From Hyphomicrobiales bacterium (GTDB taxonomy: Bacteria > Pseudomonadota > Alphaproteobacteria > Rhizobiales > RI-29): a stretch of 64,000 nucleotides of DNA. This document shows, one piece after another, positions 50,553 to 62,420 of this stretch. The notes beneath the pieces are model-generated. The model was given only the letters and a program-made list of their open reading frames with translations. It made no database searches and had not been told where the DNA came from. Location of the stretch: positions 6,925-70,924 of the forward strand of contig WGLQ01000012.1 in assembly GCA_016125495.1 (NCBI GenBank). Direction: 5' to 3'. Within the stretch, counting starts at the first letter, position 1; every line of letters starts with the position of its first letter. The position numbers were made by a program, and so were the translations under genes.

Positions 50553-51479
50553 ATGCGGATCGCCATCATCGGGCTCGGCGCCATGGGCAGCGTCTATGCC
50601 GCGCACTTCGCCGAGGCCGGCCACGAGGTCTGGGGCATCGACCTCTGGCGCGAGCACCTCGAGGCGATCCGCGCGCGCGGCCTGCGGATCGAGGGGCCCC
50701 TCGGCGACCGCACGGTCGGCGGATTGCAAGTGACCGACCGGGCCGAGGCCGTCGGCCCCGTCGACCTCGTCGTGCTCGCAACCAAGGCCGCCGGCGTTGC
50801 CGCTGCCGCGCGTGCGAGCCTGCCGCTCCTCGGGCCGGAAACCCCGGTCCTCACCATCCAGAACGGCCTCGGCGCCTACGAGCGCATTTCCGGCGAACTC
50901 GCGCCCGAGCGCGTGCTCCTCGGGGTCGCCGACGGCTTCGGTGCCGCGATGAAGGGGCCCGGGCACGTGCATCACGCCGGTATGAAACTGGTGCGTCTCG
51001 GCGAACCGGCGGGTGGCCTGACGCCGCGCCTCGAACGCGTCCGGGAGGCTTGGGCCTCGGCGCGATTCAATGTCGCGACCTATCCCGACATCATGCAACT
51101 CGTCTGGGAGAAATTCGTCTGCAATGTCACCTTCAGCGCGCCGTGCACGGTGTTCGGCAAACCGATCGGCGAACTCATGGCCGACCCTCACGCCTGGCCG
51201 GTTGCGCTCGCCTGTGGTCGGGAGGCCTTCGCCGCCGGTCGCGGCCACGGCGTCGCCTTTTCGTTCGCTGACATCGATGCCTATGTCACTGCCTTCGGCA
51301 ACGCCATGCCCACCGCCCGCCCCTCGATGCTGCTCGACCACATCGATGGACGGCGCTCGGAGATCGACAGCATCAATGGCATCGTAGCGCAGAAGGCTGC
51401 CGAGGTCGGGCTTTCGGCGCCCTGCAACGAAGTGCTGAGCGCCATCGTGCGCTCGCGCGAATTGGCCTTCACCCGGTGA
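50553..51479 (+). CDS. panE: 2-dehydropantoate 2-reductase (ApbA/PanE family)
   Basis: MRIAIIGLGAMGSVYA Rossmann fold, VLATKA, IQNG, WEKFVCN and PSMLLDHIDGRRSEIDSINGIV. Confidence 0.8.
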   Translation: MRIAIIGLGAMGSVYAAHFAEAGHEVWGIDLWREHLEAIRARGLRIEGPLGDRTVGGLQVTDRAEAVGPVDLVVLATKAAGVAAAARASLPLLGPETPVLTIQNGLGAYERISGELAPERVLLGVADGFGAAMKGPGHVHHAGMKLVRLGEPAGGLTPRLERVREAWASARFNVATYPDIMQLVWEKFVCNVTFSAPCTVFGKPIGELMADPHAWPVALACGREAFAAGRGHGVAFSFADIDAYVTAFGNAMPTARPSMLLDHIDGRRSEIDSINGIVAQKAAEVGLSAPCNEVLSAIVRSRELAFTR

Positions 51480-51501
51480 GCACGACTGCGCTCGTCCGGT
51501 C

Positions 51502-52524
51502 CTACGAGCAGCTCCCACCGCCGAGCACACAGAACTTGGCGCAATGCGGGTGGCAGAGCTTGACGGCGCCCTGATCGAACATGCCGCCGTCGGCCGTGAG
51601 GGAAGCGGCCAACGTGCGGCCCATCTCGAAGCGCGGATCGTAGGGCAGCAGCGTGCAGGTCAGAACCTTGGGCGCGTCCTCGCCCTTGCGCTTCACGATC
51701 ATCCGGCTCGTCGCGCACATGATCTCGCTCGGCTGCTTGCCGAGGATGCTCCAGCAAGCGACGGTGATTTCGGGCACCTCCACTCCGGCATCGATTTCCG
51801 GCAGCAGCAGCAATGCCTCGCGGTCCTCGGGATCGATCGACCAGCCATGCTCTGCGATCAGTCTCGCATAGCCGGCACGCGATTGGGCTTCGCTCTCGCC
51901 CCAGCAGGTCCGCCCGGCGATGGCGATGTGGAACCCGTTCTCCGCCAGCCAGTCGATGCCCGCCAGCGCCTTGTCCCACGTGTTGGCGCCGCGTTCCTTC
52001 TCGTGCAGTTCACGGGTGTGGTGGTCGAGACTGACCCGCAGCGTCAGTTGGTTGCCGTGCTCGCGGGCGAGCGCCAGGAGGCCCGCTTTGACGCCCTTGC
52101 GCTGCATCGGCTGCATAGCGTTGGTCAGCACCAGCACCTCGTGCCCGCGCCCGAGCGCATCACCGATCATCGCGACGGCATCGGGATTGAGGAACGGCTC
52201 GCCACCCGTGAAGCCGATCTCGCGCGTGCCGAGGCCGAGCGTTGCGATCTCGTCGAGGTAGGCGCCGACCTCTGCCGCGCTGAGGTAGACCAACTGATCG
52301 TTCTTCGGCCCGGACAGGATGTAGCAGTTGACGCACTCGATGTTGCAGAGCGTGCCGGTGTTGAACCAGAGCGTCTCCAGTCGAGTGAGCGGCACGCTCG
52401 CCCGCGGTTCGCCCTTGGCGGTCCAGTCGGGGTGCTCGAACTTGCCCGGAGTCTCGACTTTTGCCTTGAAGCTGGCCTCGATGTTCACGAACCGTAACCC
52501 CCGATCGCTTTCGGACACTATCAC
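51502..52524 (-). CDS. Radical SAM protein with a Cys-rich C-terminal tail (ArsS / radical-SAM-Cys-rich-domain-like architecture)
   Basis: CNIECVNC (a CxxxCxxC cluster) within LETLWFNTGTLCNIECVNCYILSGP, plus FTGGEPFLNP. The C-terminus reads CHPHCAKFCVLGGGSCS. GTG start at 52524. Confidence 0.75.
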   Translation of the reverse strand: MIVSESDRGLRFVNIEASFKAKVETPGKFEHPDWTAKGEPRASVPLTRLETLWFNTGTLCNIECVNCYILSGPKNDQLVYLSAAEVGAYLDEIATLGLGTREIGFTGGEPFLNPDAVAMIGDALGRGHEVLVLTNAMQPMQRKGVKAGLLALAREHGNQLTLRVSLDHHTRELHEKERGANTWDKALAGIDWLAENGFHIAIAGRTCWGESEAQSRAGYARLIAEHGWSIDPEDREALLLLPEIDAGVEVPEITVACWSILGKQPSEIMCATSRMIVKRKGEDAPKVLTCTLLPYDPRFEMGRTLAASLTADGGMFDQGAVKLCHPHCAKFCVLGGGSCS

Positions 52525-52670
52525 GCGGACGCGATCCGGGATGAGTCACGAAGGTGTTATGCTGCGGCCGACCATGGTCGTGACGGTCCGCAACGAGCTG
52601 GTAACCTCGTCTATCGCGGTCGGCCGGGCAAGTCACTTGAAGCAAGTGTGATTGGATGTGAGCTGACGGA

Positions 52671-53342
52671 ATGTTCGATTCCCGCATCCGCCCGCTGCTC
52701 GACCCACCACTCGCCATGGTGGCCCGGCGCCTCGCCAGCTTCGGCCTGAGCGGCGACCATCTCACCTTCACCGGCCTCGCGCTCGGGCTCGTCGCCGCGC
52801 TTTCGGTCGTCGCCGGCCTGTTCGCCGCCGCATTGGTCGCGATCCTGCTGGCGCGGCTCTGCGATGGTCTCGACGGTCCGGTCGCGCGCGCCGCTGGCAC
52901 CGCCGGCGACCGTGGCGGCTTCATCGACATCACGTTGGATTTCGTCTTCTATGCGCTGCTGCCGCTGGCGTTCGCCTTGCACGATCCCGACCGCAATGCC
53001 CTTGCCGCCGCGATCCTCTTGTCGGGCTTCCTCGTCAACGGTGCCGCCTTCCTCGCCTACGCCACCATCGCGGCCCGGCGTGGGTTGACCACCACCGCTC
53101 AGGGCACGAAGTCGTTCTACTATTTGAGCGGCCTTACCGAGGGTGCCGAGACGATCGCCGCATTCATCGTCTTTTGCCTCTTGCCTTCATGGTTCTGGCT
53201 GCTCGGCCCGCTCTTCGGCCTCGCTTGCTGGGTTTCGGGCCTTGCACGGATCGTCGTCGTCTATCGCGGCATGGCGCCGGGTCCGGCGCCGGCCGAGGCA
53301 ACCGGCGGCATCGGTGCAGCCCGTCCGGACGATCCCGGCTAG
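52671..53342 (+). CDS. CDP-alcohol phosphatidyltransferase family protein
   Basis: DGPVARAAGTAGDRGGFIDITLD fits D-G-x2-A-R-x8-G-x3-D-x3-D. About six hydrophobic helices. Confidence 0.85.
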   Translation: MFDSRIRPLLDPPLAMVARRLASFGLSGDHLTFTGLALGLVAALSVVAGLFAAALVAILLARLCDGLDGPVARAAGTAGDRGGFIDITLDFVFYALLPLAFALHDPDRNALAAAILLSGFLVNGAAFLAYATIAARRGLTTTAQGTKSFYYLSGLTEGAETIAAFIVFCLLPSWFWLLGPLFGLACWVSGLARIVVVYRGMAPGPAPAEATGGIGAARPDDPG

Positions 53343-54715
53343 ACCGCCATGGCGTGCCGCCGCTCCGCGACATTGCCCGCGAGGTAAGTGTCGAAGCGCG
53401 CGCAAACCGTCCGCACGAACGGCTGGCCCGAGGCCGTCAACCGGAAGCCGTCGGCGGTCGGCTCGACCAGGCCGTCGCGATCCTCGGCGACGATCCGCGC
53501 GGCCTCGGCCAGGATCGGCTCAGCCGCCGCCTGTCCGAACCGTTCGACAAGGGCGCCGGTGGAGAGACCGAAGGTGCACATCAGCTCCTCGATCACGAGC
53601 GCGCGCAATCGGTCGTCGTCCCCCATCCGCCAGCCACGCGCCGTGGCGAGGCCTTCGCTTGCCAGCCGCTCACCATACTCGTGCACCGCGACCGCGTTTT
53701 GCGCATAACCCGCCGGCAATCGCGAGATCGCCGAGGCTCCGAACCCGATCAGCGCATCCGCCCGGTCGGTCGTATAGCCCTGGAAATTGCGTGCCACCGC
53801 GCCGCTCGCCAGGCTGTCGGTCGCCTTCGCGAAATGGTCGATCCCGATCGCCACGTAGCCGGCCTCCCCGAGCATGGCCGCGAGCCGGCGCGACTGGGCG
53901 TGCCGCTCGAGCGGCCCCGGCAGTGCCGCCTCGTCGATCAGCCGCTGGTGTTTCAGCCGGGAGGGCAAATGCGCATAACCGAAGATCGCGATGCGCTCGG
54001 GGTCGAGTGACAGGACCTGGCGGAGGGTCCGCGCCACGCTCTCCGTCGTCTGGTGCGGCAACCCATAGACGAGGTCGAGGTTGATCGAGCCGACGCCGAA
54101 CTCGCGGAACAGCCGCACCGCCCGGGCCGTCGCCTCGAAGCTCTGCATTCGCCCGATCGCCTTCTGCACGACGGGATCGAAATCCTGCACTCCGATCGAG
54201 ACCCTGTTGAAGCCTGCCTCGGCGAGGCTCGAGGCGCGCGGCGCATCGAGCAGCCGTGGATCGATTTCGACCGCGACTTCCGCATTCCCGGCGAAAATGA
54301 AGCGCTCGCGCATCCGGTCGGCGAGCCGCGCGATGTCGCTCGCAGTCAGAATGTCTGGCGAACCGCCGCCCCAATGCATGTGCGTGACGGCATGGCGACC
54401 CGGCACCAGCCCGGCCACCGTATCGATCTCCTTGACGAGGAGGTCGAGGTAACTCGAAACGGGCGCGTAGCGTCGTACCGCCTTGGTGCTGCAGCCACAA
54501 TACCAGCACAGCTCCTGACAGAACGGCACGTGCGTATAGAGCGAGAGCTTGGCCCCTTGTGGCAGCGACGCGAGCCATGCGCGATGCTGATCCGGGCCGA
54601 CCGACGCATTGAAGTGGTTGGCGGTCGGATAGCTCGTGTAGCGTGGCACCGGCGCGCCATGGCGCTTGAGGAGGTCCTCGATCGTCGTTGCCCCCTTTGC
54701 CGTTGCCGTCACCAT
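53339..54715 (-). CDS. hemN: Oxygen-independent coproporphyrinogen III oxidase
   Basis: PRYTSYPTANHF, LSLYTHVPFCQELCWYCGC (radical SAM cluster), HWGGGSP. ATG at 54715. The upstream part of ORF ..54973 is non-coding. Confidence 0.93.
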   Translation of the reverse strand: MVTATAKGATTIEDLLKRHGAPVPRYTSYPTANHFNASVGPDQHRAWLASLPQGAKLSLYTHVPFCQELCWYCGCSTKAVRRYAPVSSYLDLLVKEIDTVAGLVPGRHAVTHMHWGGGSPDILTASDIARLADRMRERFIFAGNAEVAVEIDPRLLDAPRASSLAEAGFNRVSIGVQDFDPVVQKAIGRMQSFEATARAVRLFREFGVGSINLDLVYGLPHQTTESVARTLRQVLSLDPERIAIFGYAHLPSRLKHQRLIDEAALPGPLERHAQSRRLAAMLGEAGYVAIGIDHFAKATDSLASGAVARNFQGYTTDRADALIGFGASAISRLPAGYAQNAVAVHEYGERLASEGLATARGWRMGDDDRLRALVIEELMCTFGLSTGALVERFGQAAAEPILAEAARIVAEDRDGLVEPTADGFRLTASGQPFVRTVCARFDTYLAGNVAERRHAMAV

Positions 54716-54787
54716 GTCCCGTCTCCCGCGCACCACGCCACAGCCTTGCTCGTCGCTTGAGCCAAGCGCGGCGCGCCACCACGCGCA

Positions 54788-54801
54788 TTGATCCAGGTCA
54801 T
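54788..54801 (-). promoter_or_regulatory. FNR/FixK-type anaerobox candidate upstream of hemN
   Basis: The plus strand reads TTGATCCAGGTCAT, compared with the consensus TTGA(T/C)-N4-(A/G)TCAA. One half-site is perfect and the other matches 3-4 of 5. The centre is about 80 nt upstream of the hemN ATG. Confidence 0.4.
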
Positions 54802-54936
54802 GGGGGCGACGGTGTACCGGCCGATGGGGTGCCGGACATCGGCGGTGCCGCCTGCCGCCAATCCTGCTCACCGCCACGATCGTCTTGAGACCGCGCGCGC
54901 CCGGTGCTAGCGTGCGCACCTGCGTGATTGGCGCAC

Positions 54937-55010
54937 GCGGGTGTAGCTCAATGGTAGAGCAGAAGCTTCCCAAGCTTACGACGAGGGTTCGATTCCCTTC
55001 ACCCGCTCCA
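54937..55010 (+). tRNA. tRNA-Gly (anticodon CCC)
   Basis: GCGGGTGTAGCTCAATGGTAGAGCAGAAGCTTCCCAAGCTTACGACGAGGGTTCGATTCCCTTCACCCGCTCCA. The acceptor stem pairs GCGGGTG with CACCCGC, the anticodon loop is CTTCCCAAG, the T-loop is GGTTCGATTCC, and CCA is encoded. Confidence 0.95.
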
Positions 55011-55195
55011 AGCGCCGGCTGTCCGCGACGCCCACCAGCTCACCCCGCGCGCCGCTTTCCCGCTCCCGCCCGCCCGTGTAGGTTGCGGTGAGGTGAGTGA
55101 GGCGGCCTGCCCGCGTTCGCCCGCGCCCGGCATGAACGGGCCGCGTTGCCGGCAGGCCGCAGTCGAGAGTGGGGGTGCCCGTGAGCCGTTCCGAA

Positions 55196-57520
<2,325 letters not shown>

Positions 57521-57575
57521 GGCGGGCGCTCTGCTGCCCCCAGGGTTCGCGTTCTCGGTCGCCAGCCCGGCCGCC

Positions 57576-58250
57576 TCAGAGATCGCCCGGCACGCCGTAG
57601 CTCGGCGCCTGCGTCGGTGCGATCGCGCGGTTGAGGTAATCGATCATCTGTGGCTCGTAGAGCGCCCAGAGTGCCCTGAGCGCGCCGATCGGGTCACTGT
57701 CGTGCCAGTCCACCCTGAGATCGACCAGCGGCCAGGCAACCTCGTGCACCACCAGCACGCCGGCCGAATGCACCGGCCCCTCCTCGCCACCGGCCTCGAT
57801 GCCGCCCTCTAGCGCCCTGATGAGGCGCGCGGCGAGATGACCGTCACTCGCCGTGAATGCCGCGACCATGGCCGCTGGAACCCCGGTGTCGGCGAGGAGG
57901 TTGCCCGCCGCGACGCATCCCGCCCCCTCGGCGACAGCGTGGCGCCCGAGCGCGCGAGCGCCCGTGAAATGCCCGGTCCGACCCTCCGCGTCGACCGCGG
58001 TGAGCTGCCGGAAGTCGCGGTTCTCGTGGCTCTTTGCCGCCTGTGCCACGGCGTCCGGCGCCGTAAGCCCAAGGCCCATGAGGTCGAGCATCCGGTGCCC
58101 GAGCCCCGGATGCGTCACGTTCTGGCTGGCCGCTACGCCGACACCGGCCCGCGCATGTGCGCAGCGCGCGGCGACCGCGGGTGACGATGACGAGATGGCC
58201 ATGCCGAAAGCGCCTGTCGTGGCGCAGCGTGCGGCGATCGATATGGTCAT
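57576..58250 (-). CDS. DUF1028 (Ntn-hydrolase-fold) family protein
   Basis: MTISIAARCATTGAFGMAISSSSPAVAARCAHARAGVGVAASQN, a typical DUF1028 N-terminus. Confidence 0.8.
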   Translation of the reverse strand: MTISIAARCATTGAFGMAISSSSPAVAARCAHARAGVGVAASQNVTHPGLGHRMLDLMGLGLTAPDAVAQAAKSHENRDFRQLTAVDAEGRTGHFTGARALGRHAVAEGAGCVAAGNLLADTGVPAAMVAAFTASDGHLAARLIRALEGGIEAGGEEGPVHSAGVLVVHEVAWPLVDLRVDWHDSDPIGALRALWALYEPQMIDYLNRAIAPTQAPSYGVPGDL

Positions 58251-58289
58251 GCGAGTCCTCCCTTGGTGTCTCCATTGCGCCCGCCCCGT

Positions 58290-59774
58290 TCAGGCGAGCC
58301 GCCGCGTATGGCGCCCCGGCTGGATGGCGCCGTATGGGCGATGCGTCGTCTTTTCCCAGCGGAACGGGTCCCGCCAGAGCTGCCAGACCGCCCGGTAGCA
58401 GGCCGCCGAGACCAGCAGCCAGTAGAACGGCAGCGTCAGCGCCGCCAGCGCATTGAGCATCTTGCCCCGCCGCATGGAGGCGACCATGCCGAGCAGGATG
58501 GCGCAACCGTAGCCGAGAAGGATGTTGCTCGCCGCCACGATCACGATGGGCTTGGAGAGCGGATGCTCGCCCGGCACCAGGAACTGGCCCTGCGCGAGCG
58601 CCAGCCCTGCCCAGAGATAGAAGAAGGGGTGCACGAGCGCCGAGAGCAGCACCCCGCCGATGACCACCTGAAAGCCGAGTGTGCCGCCGAGCCCGAGTTC
58701 ACGAACGAGGCGCCCCGGTTCGCGATGGTGGACCAGAAGGGTTTGCATCCAGCCCTTCATCCAGCGCGTTCGCTGACGCAGCCAGTCGCCGCTGCTCGCG
58801 GGCGCCTCCTCCACCGTCTCGCTCTCGAGCATGCTGACGCGATAGCCGGCGCGCCGCAATCTGACGCCGAGATCGGCATCTTCGGTGACGTTGTAGGCGT
58901 CCCAGGCGCCGACCTCCTCGAGCGCGGCGCGGCGGAAGTGGTTCGAGGTTCCCCCGAGCGGCAGGATGAGGCCGAGGTCCTCGTAGGTTGGCAGCAGCGC
59001 GTCGAAGAGGCTTGTGTATTCCACGTCGAACAACCGCGGCAGCCAGCCTTCGTGGCCATTGTGAATGGCGAGCCGTGCCTGCAGGCAGGCGACCCGCTCC
59101 GGGCTTTCGGCGAACACCTGCGCCGCCCGCCGCAGCTGCAACGGCTCCGGATGGTCTTCCGCGTCGAAGATCGCCACCAGACTGCCACGCGCGCCTGCGA
59201 GAGCGAAGTTGAGCGCCTTGGGCTTCGTGCGAGGCGCCGCGTCCGGTACGACGACGATCTCGAACGGCTCACCCGGTCGAAGCCGCTCGAGGGCCTCCCG
59301 GGTCGCTGTGTCGCTCGCCTCGATGATCAGCTTGATGTCGAGGCGCGAACGCGGATAGTCGAGCCTCGAAAGCGCCTCGACCAGTTGCGGCGCAACGCCG
59401 GCCTCGCGATAGAGTGGGCACAGCAGCGTATAGACCGGCAAATCGTCGTCGCCGAGCTTGAGCCGTGTGGCCCTTGTTCGCCAACGGGTCGACAGCCGGA
59501 TGAGCGCGGCGAGGCGCAGAATGACGATGATGAGGAAGGGAAGGGTCATGGCAACCGCCGCCGCGACGACCGTGGCATCAGGCACCACCAGGAAGCCGCC
59601 GACGACGAGGCCCACGGCGACGGCGAGGCTGGCCGCCTGCCAGCCGTGGATGCCGTCGCGTGCCGAGGCCTGCGGCCATCGCTCGGCGAGGCCGTCGGTG
59701 GCCGCACGCAGCCGCGTGGTATCGGCGGGGCAAGGCGGACCCGGCTCGCGACCCATGGACGTCCCCCCCTGCAT
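58290..59774 (-). CDS. Membrane-embedded processive-type family 2 glycosyltransferase
   Basis: VYTLLCPLYRE, FDAED, NVTEDADLG, QRTRWMKGW (a Q-x-x-R-W motif), with TM helices on both sides. The start is ATG 59774 or 59756. The upstream part of ORF ..61025 is antisense to the binding-protein gene. Confidence 0.85.
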   Translation of the reverse strand: MQGGTSMGREPGPPCPADTTRLRAATDGLAERWPQASARDGIHGWQAASLAVAVGLVVGGFLVVPDATVVAAAVAMTLPFLIIVILRLAALIRLSTRWRTRATRLKLGDDDLPVYTLLCPLYREAGVAPQLVEALSRLDYPRSRLDIKLIIEASDTATREALERLRPGEPFEIVVVPDAAPRTKPKALNFALAGARGSLVAIFDAEDHPEPLQLRRAAQVFAESPERVACLQARLAIHNGHEGWLPRLFDVEYTSLFDALLPTYEDLGLILPLGGTSNHFRRAALEEVGAWDAYNVTEDADLGVRLRRAGYRVSMLESETVEEAPASSGDWLRQRTRWMKGWMQTLLVHHREPGRLVRELGLGGTLGFQVVIGGVLLSALVHPFFYLWAGLALAQGQFLVPGEHPLSKPIVIVAASNILLGYGCAILLGMVASMRRGKMLNALAALTLPFYWLLVSAACYRAVWQLWRDPFRWEKTTHRPYGAIQPGRHTRRLA

Positions 59775-59915
59775 TGCGCGGCCACCCCGATGTGGTCGGC
59801 GCCGACCGTACCTCCTCGAGCTGGGCGCCGACGGTCGTGACAGCCAGATTGAGCTGTTCAGGGTCGGCTTGGCAACGCCCTCGAGGTGTCGGGCGCAACG
59901 CGGGGAGGCCACCCG

Positions 59916-60851
59916 ATGAGCTGGATGATCACACGGTCGGCCCCGCGCTCCGAGTGGCAGCCCTTGCCCATCTCGATCGCCGCACGAGCGCCATCGGCCC
60001 CTTCGCCGCGCAAGTCGGCATTCCTGGGCGCTCTCCCGGCCCTCCTCGCCCTCATCCTGGTGATGCTTCTGGTGCTGGCGCCCGGCCTGGCGAACGCGCA
60101 GACAGCTGCGACCGAGGCCGATCCGGCCGAGGAATTGCTCGACGAGCCGCAGACCCTGCGCGTCTATTCCGCCGACGACTACCCGCCCTTCAACTACATG
60201 GACGAGGACGGCGTTCTGACCGGCTTCAACATCGACGTCGCGCGCGCCATTTGCCTCCACCTCGATCTCAACTGCGACATCCAGGTCCGCGACTGGGACG
60301 ATCTCCTTCCGGCCCTCGCCAGCGGCGACACCGATATCGTCATCGCCTCGTTCGCGATGACCCCCGAGACCGTCGTCCAGGCGGATTTCACGGACCCTTA
60401 TTATTTCACGCCGGCTCGTTTTGCCATTCGCCGCAACATGGAGGCGAGCGAACCGACCCCGATCGGCCTCGAGGGCGAGCGCATCGCCGTCGTCGCCGAC
60501 ACCGCGCACGAGGCCTACCTGAGGCGCTACTACCAGGACAGCATCATCACGTCCTATCGTACCGAGGCAGAGGCGCGTGACGCGCTCAAGTCTCGGGATG
60601 CGAATTATCTCTTCGGCGATGCGATCACGCTTGCCTTCTGGCTCAACGGCACCACATCCGAGGCCTGTTGCGAGTTTCGCGGCGCCGCGCTCGCCGACCC
60701 CGTTTATTTTGGTCCCGGCGTCTCGATCGCGGTGCGTCGGGGCAACACGGTCCTGCGCCACGATCTCAACCGGGCGATCGCCGACTTGCGCGCTACCGGT
60801 TCGTTCGAGGAGCTGTTCCTGCGCTATTTTCCGCTGCGGGTGTATGATTGA
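59916..60851 (+). CDS. Family-3 (amino-acid type) ABC transporter substrate-binding protein, orphan
   Basis: Signal peptide ...LAPGLANA-Q, then YPPFNYMDEDGVLTGFNIDVARAIC and DIVIASFAMTPE. ATG 59916 follows GGGGAGG. Confidence 0.8.
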   Translation: MSWMITRSAPRSEWQPLPISIAARAPSAPSPRKSAFLGALPALLALILVMLLVLAPGLANAQTAATEADPAEELLDEPQTLRVYSADDYPPFNYMDEDGVLTGFNIDVARAICLHLDLNCDIQVRDWDDLLPALASGDTDIVIASFAMTPETVVQADFTDPYYFTPARFAIRRNMEASEPTPIGLEGERIAVVADTAHEAYLRRYYQDSIITSYRTEAEARDALKSRDANYLFGDAITLAFWLNGTTSEACCEFRGAALADPVYFGPGVSIAVRRGNTVLRHDLNRAIADLRATGSFEELFLRYFPLRVYD

Positions 60852-60894
60852 AGGGTGGGCCGCGATGGCCCGGCGTGCGTGCTGATCGGGAACG

Positions 60895-61587
60895 GTGATG
60901 ATCGAGGCGGCCCCGGCGAACCCTGCACTCCGTGACGGTCCACCGAATGCGCCTCTCGTGGTCCTGATGCACGGGGCCGGCGCGCCGATGGACAGCAGGC
61001 CGATGACCGGTCTTGCCGAGGCCATTGCCGCCCGGGGCCTCGCGGTGCTGCGCTTCGAGCTCGCCTACATGGCGGCAAGGCGCGGGGGCCGCCGGCCGCC
61101 ACCACCGCGCGTCCAGCATCTGATGGCCGAGATCGAGGAGCGCCTCGACGGACTCCTGGAGCCGCACGAGATTCCGATCACCGCCGGCGGCCACCCGCTC
61201 GTCATCCTCGCCGGCAAGTCGATGGGAGGACGGCTTGCGACCATGCTGGCGGACCGCCTCGCGGTCGCCGGCAGGATCGTTGCGGCCGCGGCGTTCGGCT
61301 ATCCGTTCTTTCCCCCGGGCAAGGCGCGCACGCCGACACTGGTTGCAACGCGTACCGGCCATCTCACGGCCATGAGCACGCCGACCCTCATCGTTCAGGG
61401 TACGCGGGATCGCTTCGGAGGTCGCGCCGATGTCGCCGGTCTGTCGTTCGCCCGCCATGTCCGGTTCGCGTGGATCGAAGGCGGCGACCACGATCTCGTG
61501 CCGGCCCGGGCCATCGGCCGCTCACCCGAGGACGCTTGGCGCGAAGCGGCCGGTCATCTGGCGGCCTTTGCGGCTGAGATCGACTGA
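60895..61587 (+). CDS. Alpha/beta-fold hydrolase (COG3571/KANL3-Tex30-like)
   Basis: VVLMHGAGAPMDS, RFELAYMAARRGGRRPPPP, GKSMGGRLA, IVQGTRDRFG and GGDHDL. Confidence 0.75.
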   Translation: MMIEAAPANPALRDGPPNAPLVVLMHGAGAPMDSRPMTGLAEAIAARGLAVLRFELAYMAARRGGRRPPPPRVQHLMAEIEERLDGLLEPHEIPITAGGHPLVILAGKSMGGRLATMLADRLAVAGRIVAAAAFGYPFFPPGKARTPTLVATRTGHLTAMSTPTLIVQGTRDRFGGRADVAGLSFARHVRFAWIEGGDHDLVPARAIGRSPEDAWREAAGHLAAFAAEID

Positions 61588-61646
61588 GCGCGTCGTCGGC
61601 GCGCTTTCGATGCACCCCGCCGGCCCGCTCCCGCTGGCTTTTGGCG

Positions 61647-62420
61647 CTAGGAGCGTCGCTCGACGGTGAGCTTCTTGAGTTCGGCGATCGCCTTGGCCGG
61701 GTTCAGCCCCTTGGGGCAGGCCTTGGCGCAGTTGAGGATCGTATGGCAGCGGAACAAGCGGAACGGATCCTCGAGATTGTCGAGCCTCTCGCCGGTCTTC
61801 TCGTCGCGGCTGTCGACGACCCAGCGATAGGCTTGCAAGAGAATCGCCGGACCGAGATATCGATCCGAATTCCACCAGTAACTGGGGCAGGACGTCGAGC
61901 AACAGGCGCACAAGATGCACTCGTAGAGCCCGTCGAGCTTCTCGCGATCCTCGCGTGACTGCAGCCACTCGCGCTGCGGCTCGCTCGTTACGGTCTGCAG
62001 CCAAGGCTCGATCGAGCGGTGCTGCGCGAAGAAGTTGGAGAGGTCCGGCACGAGGTCCTTGACCACCTCCATGTGTGGAAGCGGGTAGATTTTCACTGCG
62101 CCACGGACGTCCTCGATCGACTTGAGGCACGCCAGCGTGTTGGTGCCGTCGATGTTCATGGAGCACGATCCGCAGATGCCTTCGCGGCACGAACGCCGGA
62201 AGGTGAGCGTCGGATCGATCTCGTTCTTGATCTTGATGAGGCCGTCGAGGACCATCGGTCCGCAGTCTGCGGGATCGATATGGTACGTGTCGAGGCGCGG
62301 CGACTGCCCGTCGTCCGGGTTCCAGCGATAGACCTTGAACTCGCGCGTGCCGCGCCCTTTGGCGTTCCAGGTGCGGCCTTTGCCGACCTTCGAGTTCTTG
62401 GGAAGCGTGAGCTGTACCAT
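61647..62420 (-). CDS. sdhB: Succinate dehydrogenase iron-sulfur subunit
   Basis: [53 protein letters not shown]. Confidence 0.97.
   Translation of the reverse strand: MVQLTLPKNSKVGKGRTWNAKGRGTREFKVYRWNPDDGQSPRLDTYHIDPADCGPMVLDGLIKIKNEIDPTLTFRRSCREGICGSCSMNIDGTNTLACLKSIEDVRGAVKIYPLPHMEVVKDLVPDLSNFFAQHRSIEPWLQTVTSEPQREWLQSREDREKLDGLYECILCACCSTSCPSYWWNSDRYLGPAILLQAYRWVVDSRDEKTGERLDNLEDPFRLFRCHTILNCAKACPKGLNPAKAIAELKKLTVERRS

Noticed and set aside
59775-61025. The upstream ~417 aa of the 911-aa minus ORF containing the GT2 gene.
   Set aside because: It is antisense to the substrate-binding protein gene and the start of the hydrolase gene. GT2 homology starts after the ATG at 59774/59756.
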